Source: Nostoc sp. DedSLP01 (GTDB taxonomy: Bacteria; Cyanobacteriota; Cyanobacteriia; Cyanobacteriales; Nostocaceae). Taken from it: DNA of 64,000 nt. Positions 53,641 through 64,000 of this stretch are shown piece after piece. A program made the position numbers and the translations under genes. The DNA lies in the NCBI GenBank assembly GCA_034530875.2, contig JAVRCJ020000003.1:192001-256000 (forward strand). Reading direction: 5' to 3'. The first letter of the stretch is position 1. The number at the start of each line of letters is the position of its first letter. The notes beneath the pieces are model-generated. The model worked only from the letters and a program-made list of their open reading frames with translations. It had not been told where the DNA came from and did not search any database.

Positions 53641-55080
53641 TTAAACTGCTACAGTTTCTAGCTTAGCAATGGCACTTTTCATCTGTTGAGAGATTTGGGT
53701 GAGTTTTTCGGGAGAGTTGGTTTCTAGGTAAACGCGCACCAAAGGTTCTGTACCAGAAGCGCGCAGTAACACCCAGCTACCTTCTTCTAAATAGAGTTTA
53801 ATGCCGTCTTTACGCCCGACTTCTTTGACTTTAATTCTTGCTACCTCTGTGGGTGGATTTTTGGTAAAGGAGTCCATGACAGCGGTTTTGTGAGACTCAG
53901 TGAGGTGTAAGTCTAGACGGGTATTGTAAAGCGGGCCGTCGGCTTCCGCGATCGCTTCGTTAACTAACTGACTTAGGGGTTTACCTTCGTAGGCAATAGC
54001 TTCCGCCACCAGCATATCCGCTAAAACACCGTCTTTTTCCGGAATATGCCCAATTACACTTAATCCGCCTGATTCTTCACCACCAATCAGTACGGCAGTT
54101 TCCCGCATTTTTTCACCAATGTATTTAAAGCCTACTGGTGTTTCATAAATTTGCAGCCCATATTTAGCCGCGAAATTATCCAGTAGGTGCGTTGTAGCCA
54201 CAGTGCGGACTATAGCGCCGCTTTTACCTTTATTTTTGATTAAATGTCGTGCTAAAACTAACAGCACAGTATTGGGAGTGAGGACGTTTCCTTGTTCGTC
54301 AACAATACCAAAGCGATCGCTATCTCCATCTGTCGCCAAACCCAAATCTGCGCGATCCTTGACTACTGCTTCTACTAACTCAACTAATTGTTCTCCCTTG
54401 GGTTCGGGCATCCCGCCGCCAAATAATACATCTCTCCAAGTGTGGAAAGTTTCTAATTGAGCGCCGCTTTGTTGCAAAACTTCATCTAAATAACCGCGAG
54501 AAGTAGAATAGAGAGCATCGTATTTTACTTTTAAATTAGCGTTCTTAATTTTTTGTATGTCAAGCAGTGTATAGATAAATTGCAGGTAATCCGGCTTGGG
54601 ATCGAAAGTAGAAATTGAACCAGATGGATTGTTGCTAGGCAGTTCATCTGATGCACTTTTTATATTTGCCACAATAGTATCAGTAATCTCTGGAGTGGCA
54701 GGTCCAGCATAATCAGGGATATATTTAATTCCACAGTATGGTGCTGGATTATGGCTAGCAGTAAACATTAACGCCCCAGCGGAATTTAGGTGACGGGCGT
54801 TGTAGGCAATTACTGGTGTGGGACAATCCCGATCGGTAATTTTGACAGTCCAACCCAAATCTGCCAGAACTTGGGCTGCTGTACGGGCAAACTGGTCGGC
54901 TAAAAATCGAGTATCGTAAGCTATAAGTACTGGTCTATCTTTTGTATAGGCTGTTTCGAGGTAACTGGCGATCGCTCTTGTTACTTTTCGCACATTGGGG
55001 AAAGTAAAGTCATCGGCAATAATCCCTCGCCATCCATCAGTACCAAATTTTATCTTACTGGAATTGCCACTAGCGCTCAT
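53641..55080 (-). CDS. Phosphoglucomutase/phosphomannomutase family protein
   Basis: FGTDGWRG, TASHNP, DGDSDR, GEESGG, RASGTEP; ATG at 55080. Confidence 0.95.
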   Translation of the reverse strand: MSASGNSSKIKFGTDGWRGIIADDFTFPNVRKVTRAIASYLETAYTKDRPVLIAYDTRFLADQFARTAAQVLADLGWTVKITDRDCPTPVIAYNARHLNSAGALMFTASHNPAPYCGIKYIPDYAGPATPEITDTIVANIKSASDELPSNNPSGSISTFDPKPDYLQFIYTLLDIQKIKNANLKVKYDALYSTSRGYLDEVLQQSGAQLETFHTWRDVLFGGGMPEPKGEQLVELVEAVVKDRADLGLATDGDSDRFGIVDEQGNVLTPNTVLLVLARHLIKNKGKSGAIVRTVATTHLLDNFAAKYGLQIYETPVGFKYIGEKMRETAVLIGGEESGGLSVIGHIPEKDGVLADMLVAEAIAYEGKPLSQLVNEAIAEADGPLYNTRLDLHLTESHKTAVMDSFTKNPPTEVARIKVKEVGRKDGIKLYLEEGSWVLLRASGTEPLVRVYLETNSPEKLTQISQQMKSAIAKLETVAV

Positions 55081-55228
55081 TTTTGCCACTTGCTCCCGTA
55101 CATCATCAGTACTATTACAAGCTTCCCGCAAAGCGCGTGTAGCAGCAAGTATCCTCCGAGGTTTATGTTCGGCGGAAACTAGCGAACATATTTCTTCCCA
55201 GCGTACTTTCTCTCACTGTTTCCGAGCA

Positions 55229-56083
55229 ATGTCAACCCCCGATCGACCTTTTGCCAGTTATCACCTTTGGTCTTTAGTTGCCCCAGCGTCAGGGCAAGAA
55301 CGCTGGCATTGCCAGATGAGACGGGGGTTTATCAAAGCGCGGCAAAACGAACCACAAGTCAAAGCACTGTTAACGCAAGCTACCGCACCCCAGCGGATTG
55401 GGATACTTGCCCAAAAAGGCGTTTATGAGTTTCATAATCACAGACATCTTTTACAGCAACCGGATGGCGTAGAAAAAGTTGCACAGCTACTACAATTAGG
55501 CAACTCCAGCGATCGAGTCCGGGAACGGGTGCTGCAAATTTTGAAAAAATATCATGATGCACCGTTGCTGTTGAATAAAAATATTATTCAATTAACTCCA
55601 GGCGATGAAGGTTTTCCTAAACCGATTGTTGTCGAACAGCAAGATTCTTGCTTTCGATTATACGCGGCTATGGACTGTGTTTTTATTGAAAGCGATCGCA
55701 CTTTACATATTTTAGATTTCAAGACTGGAAAATCAGCTTTTGACAGACGACAAGCTTTAGTTTATTTATTAGCTGCTCGTTATCTCTACCCTGGTAGACA
55801 AGCTGTCGCCTCATTTTATAATCTAGAAATATCTAAAAAATCAGAGCTAATTACGATTAGCAATAGCGAATTAGAATCTTTAAAATTTGAGTTAGCTAAT
55901 ATAGCTCACAAACACCAGCACGATTTACAAAAATATCAAGAAGAAACGACTAATTTTAGTAAAATTTTCCCGCCAAATCCAGGCTCTCACTGCCGCTTTT
56001 GTCCATTTAATTCTATCTGCGAGTTTGCTGATTTTAAGCAACATCAATCGTATCCATTACCCAGTTTAAGAGTTAATACTTAA
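55229..56083 (+). CDS. PD-(D/E)xK RecB/AddB/Cas4-like nuclease with possible Fe-S staple
   Basis: MDCVF, ILDFKTG, QALVY; one N-terminal Cys plus CRFCPFNSIC; ATG at 55229. Confidence 0.8.
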   Translation: MSTPDRPFASYHLWSLVAPASGQERWHCQMRRGFIKARQNEPQVKALLTQATAPQRIGILAQKGVYEFHNHRHLLQQPDGVEKVAQLLQLGNSSDRVRERVLQILKKYHDAPLLLNKNIIQLTPGDEGFPKPIVVEQQDSCFRLYAAMDCVFIESDRTLHILDFKTGKSAFDRRQALVYLLAARYLYPGRQAVASFYNLEISKKSELITISNSELESLKFELANIAHKHQHDLQKYQEETTNFSKIFPPNPGSHCRFCPFNSICEFADFKQHQSYPLPSLRVNT

Positions 56084-56237
56084 TATTTTGGGCATTGGGT
56101 ATGGGGAGATGGGGAAGTGTGGGAAGTGTGGGAGGAGAGGGAGGTGTGGGAGGTGTGGAAAGCATAAATTCTCTTTCTTCCCTCACTTCGCCCGCTTCCC
56201 CCACTCCTTACACTCCCTGCTTGCCCCATTCCTAAAT

Positions 56238-57911
56238 TTAAAAAGGTGGCAGTTCTTTAAGAATCGTGAACCTAATATGATTGATTGCCAAATCTCCAAT
56301 GGGGACATCTTCTTTGGTTAACCTGGCACCTTGACTGGTTACAGTTTCAAAGGTGATACCTTTACCAATTTCAATGTGATACCAGCACAAGCCCATAAAA
56401 AAGCGGGTGGGATAAGGGCCGCCATGACCGACATCATCAGGATTCGATTCCATTGGCAACCAGCCAAAATTCGGTACGTAGAATTCCAGCCAAACGTGAT
56501 TAAAATCAGGTTGTAGCGGTACGCCTTGATGTTCGCCATTCGGTGGACATTTATACCTGCCAACGGTGCGGCAGGGGATGCCATTTAAACGGCATAGGGC
56601 AAGTAAAACGCCTACATATTCGCCACATGAGCCAACACCGCGTTCTAAAACTACATCTGGCGTATCAATGTAAGGCTTGATACCATAAGATAATTCGTCA
56701 TAAACATAATTACGGATACTATACATTTTCCGCAACAGATTGGTTTCCGAACCAACAGCATCTCTGGCGGCGCGGCGGACAATGGTAGTATCCATTGCTA
56801 AGTCGTCGTCGTCCACTAAGTAGCGGGTTTGCAATTCTGGTGACAGTTCGGGTACATTTTCTACGTCTCTTGGTGTGATGCGATACTTAATTCCCCGAAC
56901 TTCCAAAAGTGCTTTCCAGCCAAATATGTGTCGTTCGCCTGGGGTGAGGGCATCAAATTTAAATACTGCTACGCGTTGCCCATCTATAATTTCTTCAGTG
57001 AAGGGTAAACCAATGGGTTCAACCTGCTTCACCTTTTGACGGGGAGTTTCTGAAGGTAGAGCAATGCGCCATTCTACCTCAGGTAAATAAACTTCATCTA
57101 ACGGTGCAATTTCTTCCGCATAAGACATTTCTATGAGATAGCCGTTAGAGAGGGCATAACATTTATCTGGCTCGTAATGATAATGAAGCGGGTGAATAAA
57201 AGTAAGATCGCGGTAGGTTAACTCGTGATTGGGGTCAGCATTTGGGTTATCCCGAATATAAGGCTCCTCAGAGGCATAGGCGACATACAAACTTTCTTTA
57301 CCCGTCTCGCTATCTTGATGTATTGCTATGCCTGTAGGCGATTCAAAGGGCGTCAAAACGCTAAATTGAAGTTCTCCAGTTGCTCTGTCCATCGCGTAAA
57401 CTGTTTGTTCTGTGCGATCGCAAATCCACAACATGTCCTGGCTAACTGCCAAATTTTCTACCCCAACTCCAGGAGCATAAAATCTTGTAATTTCTTTTCG
57501 CGTTTCCCGGTCAAAAATTAGAATGTAGCCTAACCTTTCACAAGTAATGTATACTGTTGTATCCCAAACAGCAACGCCGTTGGCAGGATAAGGCAAAGTG
57601 ACGAAATGTTCCAGACCCAAAGCATTCAGGTTGCACAAATAAACGCTATGGTCGCGGGTTACCCATAGCGTATCTTCCCATATCGCTATACCAGTCACAT
57701 CGGTAAATTCCTTAACTTGATGCGGATTAAGGATTTTACTGTTGTCAGAGGTGGGATCGATTTCTAGTAAATGCCCTTTGAGAGTGTCAATCGCAATCAG
57801 TTTATCTTTAATGAAAGCAATACCGCATAGAGTAGCAGCAGTAAGCGGTCGAATTGTTTTTTGCCCAAACATCATCTGGCTAGCAGTCAAAGTCGGAAGT
57901 GCAAAACTCAT
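56238..57911 (-). CDS. Transglutaminase-like domain protein with a beta-repeat N-terminus
   Basis: GSCGEY, LCRLNGIPCR, HVWLEFY, GWLPME. Confidence 0.85.
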   Translation of the reverse strand: MSFALPTLTASQMMFGQKTIRPLTAATLCGIAFIKDKLIAIDTLKGHLLEIDPTSDNSKILNPHQVKEFTDVTGIAIWEDTLWVTRDHSVYLCNLNALGLEHFVTLPYPANGVAVWDTTVYITCERLGYILIFDRETRKEITRFYAPGVGVENLAVSQDMLWICDRTEQTVYAMDRATGELQFSVLTPFESPTGIAIHQDSETGKESLYVAYASEEPYIRDNPNADPNHELTYRDLTFIHPLHYHYEPDKCYALSNGYLIEMSYAEEIAPLDEVYLPEVEWRIALPSETPRQKVKQVEPIGLPFTEEIIDGQRVAVFKFDALTPGERHIFGWKALLEVRGIKYRITPRDVENVPELSPELQTRYLVDDDDLAMDTTIVRRAARDAVGSETNLLRKMYSIRNYVYDELSYGIKPYIDTPDVVLERGVGSCGEYVGVLLALCRLNGIPCRTVGRYKCPPNGEHQGVPLQPDFNHVWLEFYVPNFGWLPMESNPDDVGHGGPYPTRFFMGLCWYHIEIGKGITFETVTSQGARLTKEDVPIGDLAINHIRFTILKELPPF

Positions 57912-58352
57912 ATTTAAGTATATTTTTTAAATGGTTTAGCACGTTTAAGCTATTCCAAATTTGGAATTCCTTTGCAAAAGTCTGCGACAAAGGTAAACCC
58001 CCCTGGCAACTTGACACAAAATTCCCAATTAAGAAATGCGATCGTGCCATGCATCCTAGTGAATTACTGGATGCAAATTGAAGCAATGGCAGCCTAAAAT
58101 TAATTGTGGCATATCCTCATGTCAGCGAACTTAAGACTTCTATTAATCTCAATTATCAGTACAATGTGTTATCAAAAACTCTTTCGTAAGAAATAACACA
58201 TATATGTCAACAGAAGAGAAATTTGCCAATCAAAAGAATCGCTTCTACACTCATAAGATTTAGTATTGCCTTAATGTAACTTTAGGAGATGGTTTTCCAG
58301 CCATCACTAAATTATGATCGAATTTTGTAACCATTTCCTGTGACTTAACACG

Positions 58353-61211
58353 ATGTCTGCTAATTCTCTGCCTGAAGCTGCTGCCGTTTGGCATAGTTTA
58401 GAAGCTGATAAAGCGCTAGACCTGCTTGATAGTAACGCAGACAGTGGCTTAAAACCCGAAGATATTCAACAAAGGTTGCAAAAATACGGCCCCAATGAAT
58501 TAGAAGAAACGGCTGGCCGTAGTGCTTGGGAAATTTTGCTAGATCAGTTCAAGAACATTATGTTGTTGATGCTGATTGGCGTAGCTCTGATTTCTGGATT
58601 TTTAGACTTATGGGCTTGGCGAACGGGCGGCTTGAAGCCTGGTGAAGTGCCATTTAAAGATACCATCGCTATCCTGGCAATTGTCATCCTCAATGGCATA
58701 CTCGGTTATGTCCAAGAAAGCCGTGCAGAAAAAGCCCTGGCAGCACTGAAGAAACTCACATCACCCTTAGTAAGAGTCATCCGCGACGCGAGATTGGTGG
58801 AGGTAGCAGCTAAGGAACTAGTCCCAGGAGATGTGATGCTGCTAGAAGCTGGAATGCAGGTAGCCGCAGATGGGCGCTTAATCGAACAGTCTAATTTACA
58901 GGTGCGAGAATCAGCATTGACTGGCGAAGCCGAAGCTGTCAACAAAAACGCAACAATAAATTTACCCGAAGAAACAGATTTAGGCGATCGCATCAATCTG
59001 GTTTTCCAAGGAACCGAAATCGTCCAAGGACGAGGTAAAGTTCTGGTAACCAACACCGGTATGACAACAGAACTAGGCAAAATTGCTGCCATGTTGCAGT
59101 CGGTGGATAGCGAACCCACACCTTTACAACAGCGGATGACTCAACTGGGGAATGTCCTGGTTACGGGTTCTTTAGTTCTCGTGGCGATTGTTGTTGTCGG
59201 CGGTGTCATTCAGGCTCGAGGTTTTAGCAATATCCAAGAACTTTTGGAAGTTTCCTTGAGTATGGCGGTTGCTGTCGTCCCAGAAGGTTTACCTGCTGTA
59301 ATTACCGTTACCTTGGCACTGGGAACTCAGCGCATGGTGCGCCAGAATGCCTTGATTCGCAAACTGCCAGCAGTGGAAACACTCGGTTCTGTAACTACCA
59401 TCTGTTCTGATAAAACTGGCACCCTGACTCAAAATAAAATGGTGGTGCAGTCGCTTTTCACCAATGACAAAACTTTTCGCGTCACTGGAGAAGGTTATGC
59501 GCCTACAGGAGATTTTCTCGTAGATAGTCAAAAAGTTTTTGTAGAAGATTCGCCAGAAATCTCAGCTTTGTCTGTAGCTTGCGCCGTTTGTAATGATTCA
59601 GTCCTGCAAAAAGAAAAAGGCGAATGGGCGATTTTGGGAGATCCTACAGAAGGAGCATTAGTAACCCTGGCGGGGAAAGCGGGAATCGAAAAAGAACAAT
59701 GGAATAGTAAGTTACCCCGCGTTGGAGAATTTCCCTTCTCCTCCGAACGCAAGCGGATGAGTGTAATTGCTCAAGTACAAGAAGTCGCCACAGGTGAAGG
59801 GTCTTTAAATGCCGTCGATCCTGCGATCGCTAACTTCTTACAATCCGAACCTTACTTAATGTTTACCAAAGGTTCGCCAGAGTTAATCTTGGCACGTTGT
59901 ACTCAGCTTTATTTGGGCGATCGCTCAACGCCTTTAACCGAAGAACAACGCCAGAGAATTCTGGCACAAAATGACAACATGGCGGGTAAAGGTTTGCGGG
60001 TACTAGGTTTTGCCTACAAACCCTTATCTGAGATTCCACCAGAAGGTTCAGACGAGGCATCAGAGCAAGACTTAGTTTGGCTGGGATTAGTGGGAATGCT
60101 GGATGCGCCACGCCCAGAAGTGAGAGCATCCGTGCAAGAGTGTCGCGATGCCGGAATTCGCCCGGTGATGATTACTGGCGACCATCAGTTAACAGCACGA
60201 GCGATCGCCACCGATTTGGGAATTGCTAAAGAAGATGACCGATTGCTCACAGGTCAAGAGTTGCAACGAATGAGCGACCAAGAACTAGAGCAAAACGTTG
60301 ATTTGGTCAGCATCTATGCCAGGGTTGCCCCAGAACACAAACTGCGAATTGTCCAAGCCCTACAACGCCGGGGTAGATTCGTAGCCATGACAGGTGATGG
60401 CGTCAACGATGCCCCAGCCCTTAAACAAGCTGATATCGGCATTGCAATGGGCATTACTGGCACGGATGTGAGTAAAGAAGCCAGCGATATGGTGTTACTC
60501 GACGATAACTTCGCTACCATTGTCACCGCTACTAAAGAAGGTAGAGTAGTTTACACCAATATCCGCCGTTTTATTAAATACATCCTGGGCAGTAACATTG
60601 GCGAAGTTTTGACAATAGCTGCCGCACCCTTAATTGGATTGGGAGGCGTTCCCTTGACGCCATTGCAAATTCTGTGGATGAACTTGGTAACGGATGGTTT
60701 GCCAGCCCTAGCCTTAGCAGTGGAACCCCCCGAACCAGACGTGATGAAACGTCCGCCTTTTAGTCCCCGCGAAAGTATTTTTGCCAGGGGATTAGGTTCT
60801 TACATGATTCGCATTGGTATAATCTTTGCCATTATCACCATTGCCTTGATGTGGTGGGCTTATCAACATACCCATGCCCAAGGCTATCAGGGAAATCCTG
60901 ATTCTTGGAAAACGATGGTATTTACTACCTTGTGTATCGCTCAAATGGGCCACGCGATCGCCATTCGCTCCAACAACCGACTGACCATCGAAATGAATCC
61001 TTTCTCTAATATATTTGTACTAGCGGCTGTTATTGTGACCACGATTTTACAGTTGATGCTAGTTTACGTTCCACCCCTGCGAGACTTCTTTGGCACTCAC
61101 TTCCTAACTTTGCAAGAATTGGGAGTTTGTATTGGCTTCAGTGCCTTAATGTTTGTGTGGATTGAATTAGAGAAGATATTCTTACGCATTGTGGGCAAGA
61201 AGGCTGTTTGA
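58353..61211 (+). CDS. P-type cation-transporting ATPase (type IIA, Ca2+-like)
   Basis: LTGE, PEGL, DKTGT, TGDGVND. Confidence 0.93.
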   Translation: MSANSLPEAAAVWHSLEADKALDLLDSNADSGLKPEDIQQRLQKYGPNELEETAGRSAWEILLDQFKNIMLLMLIGVALISGFLDLWAWRTGGLKPGEVPFKDTIAILAIVILNGILGYVQESRAEKALAALKKLTSPLVRVIRDARLVEVAAKELVPGDVMLLEAGMQVAADGRLIEQSNLQVRESALTGEAEAVNKNATINLPEETDLGDRINLVFQGTEIVQGRGKVLVTNTGMTTELGKIAAMLQSVDSEPTPLQQRMTQLGNVLVTGSLVLVAIVVVGGVIQARGFSNIQELLEVSLSMAVAVVPEGLPAVITVTLALGTQRMVRQNALIRKLPAVETLGSVTTICSDKTGTLTQNKMVVQSLFTNDKTFRVTGEGYAPTGDFLVDSQKVFVEDSPEISALSVACAVCNDSVLQKEKGEWAILGDPTEGALVTLAGKAGIEKEQWNSKLPRVGEFPFSSERKRMSVIAQVQEVATGEGSLNAVDPAIANFLQSEPYLMFTKGSPELILARCTQLYLGDRSTPLTEEQRQRILAQNDNMAGKGLRVLGFAYKPLSEIPPEGSDEASEQDLVWLGLVGMLDAPRPEVRASVQECRDAGIRPVMITGDHQLTARAIATDLGIAKEDDRLLTGQELQRMSDQELEQNVDLVSIYARVAPEHKLRIVQALQRRGRFVAMTGDGVNDAPALKQADIGIAMGITGTDVSKEASDMVLLDDNFATIVTATKEGRVVYTNIRRFIKYILGSNIGEVLTIAAAPLIGLGGVPLTPLQILWMNLVTDGLPALALAVEPPEPDVMKRPPFSPRESIFARGLGSYMIRIGIIFAIITIALMWWAYQHTHAQGYQGNPDSWKTMVFTTLCIAQMGHAIAIRSNNRLTIEMNPFSNIFVLAAVIVTTILQLMLVYVPPLRDFFGTHFLTLQELGVCIGFSALMFVWIELEKIFLRIVGKKAV

Positions 61212-61214
61212 TGG

Positions 61215-61370
61215 CGATGGGGCATGGGGCATAGGGTATGGGAGCAGGGAGCAGGGAGCAGAGGGGAAAGAAGTAATTTTTCATTTTCCCCCTTGCCCCC
61301 TCCCCCTGCTTCCCTACCTTTTCCCAATCCCTAGTACCTAATCCCCAGTCGCCAGTCCCCAATCCCCACT
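61215..61370. repeat. G-rich / C-rich heptamer arrays in inverted arrangement
   Basis: ATGGGGC and GGAGCAG units opposed by CCCCTGC and TCCCCAR units; similar blocks at about 56090-56230 and 62505-62617. Confidence 0.7.
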
Positions 61371-62489
61371 ATGTACCTGAAAACTTTACACCTGAGACAA
61401 TTTCGTAATTATCAAGACCAGAAGGTTGAGTTTACTGCTGCCAAAACAATTTTGGTGGGTAATAACGCTCAGGGAAAGTCGAATTTGTTAGAGGCAGTGG
61501 AGTTGTTGGCAACATTGCGATCGCACCGCATAGCACGCGATCGCGATCTAGTCAAAGATGGGGAAGCTATAGCCCAAATTAATGCTGTTCTTGAGCGACA
61601 AACAGGTGTCAGCGATTTAACTTTAACCCTGCGCCGCAATGGTCGGCGTAGCGTTGCTCTCAATGGCGAGTCTGTACGCCGTCAAATGGATTTTCTTGGC
61701 GTTCTCAATGCAGTCGAATTTTCCAGCCTAGATTTAGAACTAGTACGCGGCGGCCCCGAAGGTCGCCGCAACTGGTTAGATACCCTTTTAATTCAACTCG
61801 AACCGGTTTACGCTCACATTTTGCAGCAGTATAACCATGTGTTACGCCAGCGCAATGCCTTTTTAAAAAACCATCAAGATTCAGCACTCAGTACTGGACA
61901 ATCAGAACTTGCTTTGTGGGATGCACAATTAGCTACTACAGGCACGCGGGTAATTAGACGCCGCGATCGCGCCATACAGCGGCTAGCTCCCATTGCTACT
62001 GCTTGGCACGCCAGTATCAGTGGTAGTACGGAAAATCTCCAAATTAAATACGCCCCTAATATTCCTCTAGAAGACAACCAGCCAGAACAAGTCCAACAAG
62101 CTTTTTTAACTAAAATTCAACAGCGAACCGTAGCCGAACTTCATCAATGCACTACTTTAGTCGGACCCCATCGTGACGAAGTTGAATTAACCATTAACCA
62201 GACACCCGCACGTCAATACGGTTCTCAAGGTCAACAACGAACCCTGGTTCTGGCTTTAAAATTAGCAGAATTACAATTAATTGAAGAAGTCGTCAAAGAG
62301 CCACCATTGCTATTGCTTGATGATGTGCTGGCCGAACTAGATTTATCGCGCCAAAATCAACTACTTGATGCTATTCAAGACCGCTTTCAAACCTTAATTA
62401 CTACTACTCATTTGGGTTCATTCGATTCCCAATGGTTAAAATCCTCACAAATTCTTTTTGTCAAGGCAGGAGAAATAATGCAACATTAA
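61371..62489 (+). CDS. recF: DNA replication/repair protein RecF
   Basis: GNNAQGKSN, GPHRD, GSQGQQR, LLLDDVLAELD. Confidence 0.97.
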   Translation: MYLKTLHLRQFRNYQDQKVEFTAAKTILVGNNAQGKSNLLEAVELLATLRSHRIARDRDLVKDGEAIAQINAVLERQTGVSDLTLTLRRNGRRSVALNGESVRRQMDFLGVLNAVEFSSLDLELVRGGPEGRRNWLDTLLIQLEPVYAHILQQYNHVLRQRNAFLKNHQDSALSTGQSELALWDAQLATTGTRVIRRRDRAIQRLAPIATAWHASISGSTENLQIKYAPNIPLEDNQPEQVQQAFLTKIQQRTVAELHQCTTLVGPHRDEVELTINQTPARQYGSQGQQRTLVLALKLAELQLIEEVVKEPPLLLLDDVLAELDLSRQNQLLDAIQDRFQTLITTTHLGSFDSQWLKSSQILFVKAGEIMQH

Positions 62490-62617
62490 TCGTTGACTGT
62501 TGACTGGGCATGGGGTCAGGGGAGCAGGGGAAAAGGTTAAAGGGAAAAGGGAAAAGGAATAAATATAATCTTTCCCTTTTCCCCCTTACCCCTTTCCCCA
62601 TACCCAATGCCCAATGC

Positions 62618-63142
62618 CTAAAAATCAAAACAACTATCATTAATAGATTTTTTCTTCGTTGACACTGCTGGTAATGTCGTTTTTTCTACCGCTTCAACTA
62701 AAGAACGTGCAACGCGGTCTACATAAGGACGAGATAAAGACCAGATTAGGGGCGACAACCAACCGCGCAGTGTTACGGAATAAGATAAACATGTACCACA
62801 AAGCGTTGATTCTACTTTGTAAGTTACCCGTTCTTCTATTCCAGGAATTGCCAGAACTCGGATACTCAGCATCTCTCTAGGATTGACGCGTTCCACAAAA
62901 ATCCGGATCGGAATTGGCGAAAAGCGCGTTACTGCCTGAAAGATTAATCCTGGTTTGGGTACTAAACCGTAAGGTACATTAGTACTTTTAAGTAGTGGAT
63001 GCCAGGAAACATCTGTTAAGTCAACCACTTTTTGCCACAGTTCATCTACAGAAGCAGAACTAATCTCTCGATACGTCCGCACCAGAGAAGCGCAAAACCG
63101 ACGACGTTTGCGGTGGATGAATTTGGATAACCAACCTTGCAT
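62618..63142 (-). CDS. SRPBCC/START-like family protein
   Basis: SASVDELWQKVVDL N-terminal pattern and C-terminal helix. Confidence 0.65.
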   Translation of the reverse strand: MQGWLSKFIHRKRRRFCASLVRTYREISSASVDELWQKVVDLTDVSWHPLLKSTNVPYGLVPKPGLIFQAVTRFSPIPIRIFVERVNPREMLSIRVLAIPGIEERVTYKVESTLCGTCLSYSVTLRGWLSPLIWSLSRPYVDRVARSLVEAVEKTTLPAVSTKKKSINDSCFDF

Positions 63143-63606
63143 TTTCCTAATCCTCCTCCTCGCTAGACACTTTCTGGTAATTCTGGTACTTTAGGCAACT
63201 ACGTTTAGTCCCGAGAGCGAAACTTTCTGAAAATTGCTTTTAGCATAGTAAGGGTATATTGGGTAGCCATACCAACCGCCAAGATCGTAAATAAATATGA
63301 ATATGGCGCAAAGTTTGGAGCTTAGCAGTAAAACCCTTGATAGTTAAAGGTTAAGACTAAATTTTAGTGTTTCTACGAGAATATTCCAATTAAAAATTTC
63401 AAAAAAAACTTAGTCAATATACAAGCCTATACGCATTTGAGGGAAAATAACTCTAATGATGCCCATCAATCCTATAAATGCTTGACCAGTCAGAAAAAAA
63501 AGTAGGTTGGGCAAATAGAGCTTGATTGCTGGTGCGTATTTCCCTCAAATTTTTAAGATGAGAAATTTGTGGCTTTCTGGAAATTGTAATTTAGGTTCGG
63601 GAATCT

Positions 63607-64000
63607 ATGTCGATTAACTCGCAAACACCCACTCTAGCAGCAGAATCACCCAAGTCTTTGCCAGCAACTGACGCCCAGACTAGAGTCAGCCAGTTTATGA
63701 AACAGCTGCAAGATGAAATTACGCAAGCTTTAACAGAACTGGATGGTGTAGGTCAGTTTAATGAAGATAGTTGGGAACGCCCAGAAGGGGGTGGAGGGCG
63801 ATCGCGCGTACTGCGTGATGGTGCAATATTTGAACAAGGTGGTGTAAATTTCTCTGAAGTTTGGGGTTCCCACTTGCCACCCTCGATTTTAGCTCAACGT
63901 CCGGAAGCCGCAGGTCATGGGTTTTATGCCACGGGTACTTCAATGGTCTTACACCCACGTAACCCTTACGTACCAACAGTGCATTTAAATTATCGCTACT
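63607..64000 (+). CDS. hemF: Oxygen-dependent coproporphyrinogen III oxidase, 5' part (cut by window edge)
   Basis: Manual translation [44 protein letters not shown]. Confidence 0.95.
   Translation, partial: MSINSQTPTLAAESPKSLPATDAQTRVSQFMKQLQDEITQALTELDGVGQFNEDSWERPEGGGGRSRVLRDGAIFEQGGVNFSEVWGSHLPPSILAQRPEAAGHGFYATGTSMVLHPRNPYVPTVHLNYRY

Noticed and set aside
54995..55228. Long N-terminal extensions making the nuclease and phosphohexomutase genes overlap
   Set aside because: Artefact of longest-ORF calling; ATGs at 55229 and 55080 give non-overlapping divergent genes.

Overview
Chromosomal window from a filamentous cyanobacterium, probably Nostocales (inferred from frequent HIP1 GCGATCGC, heptamer tandem repeats, XisH/XisI, chlLN and the cyanobacterial ribosomal gene order). 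Bases 1-12.8 kb hold the distal spc/alpha ribosomal cluster (rplN to prfA). The rest is mostly housekeeping (ABC-F, gpmI, secG, recO, deoC, rsfS, tRNA-fMet, queE, chlN/chlL, a phosphohexomutase, a P-type ATPase, recF, hemF), interrupted by three accessory patches. Patch 1 (12.8-19.0 kb): XRE regulator, DUF29, an AT-rich dynamin-like GTPase + HsdR-N-type nuclease pair, and an Rpn pseudogene. Patch 2 (41-45.1 kb): an ABC-transporter remnant fused at a HIP1 site, methyltransferase/LysR, XisHI, a truncated HNH and VapBC. Patch 3 (49.3-53.2 kb): a toxin-antitoxin-rich cluster containing the best candidate system, a minimal CRISPR-polymerase (mCpol)-like nucleotide cyclase overlapping a CARF-like, two-transmembrane effector. 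All family calls come from motifs read by eye; no searches were run.
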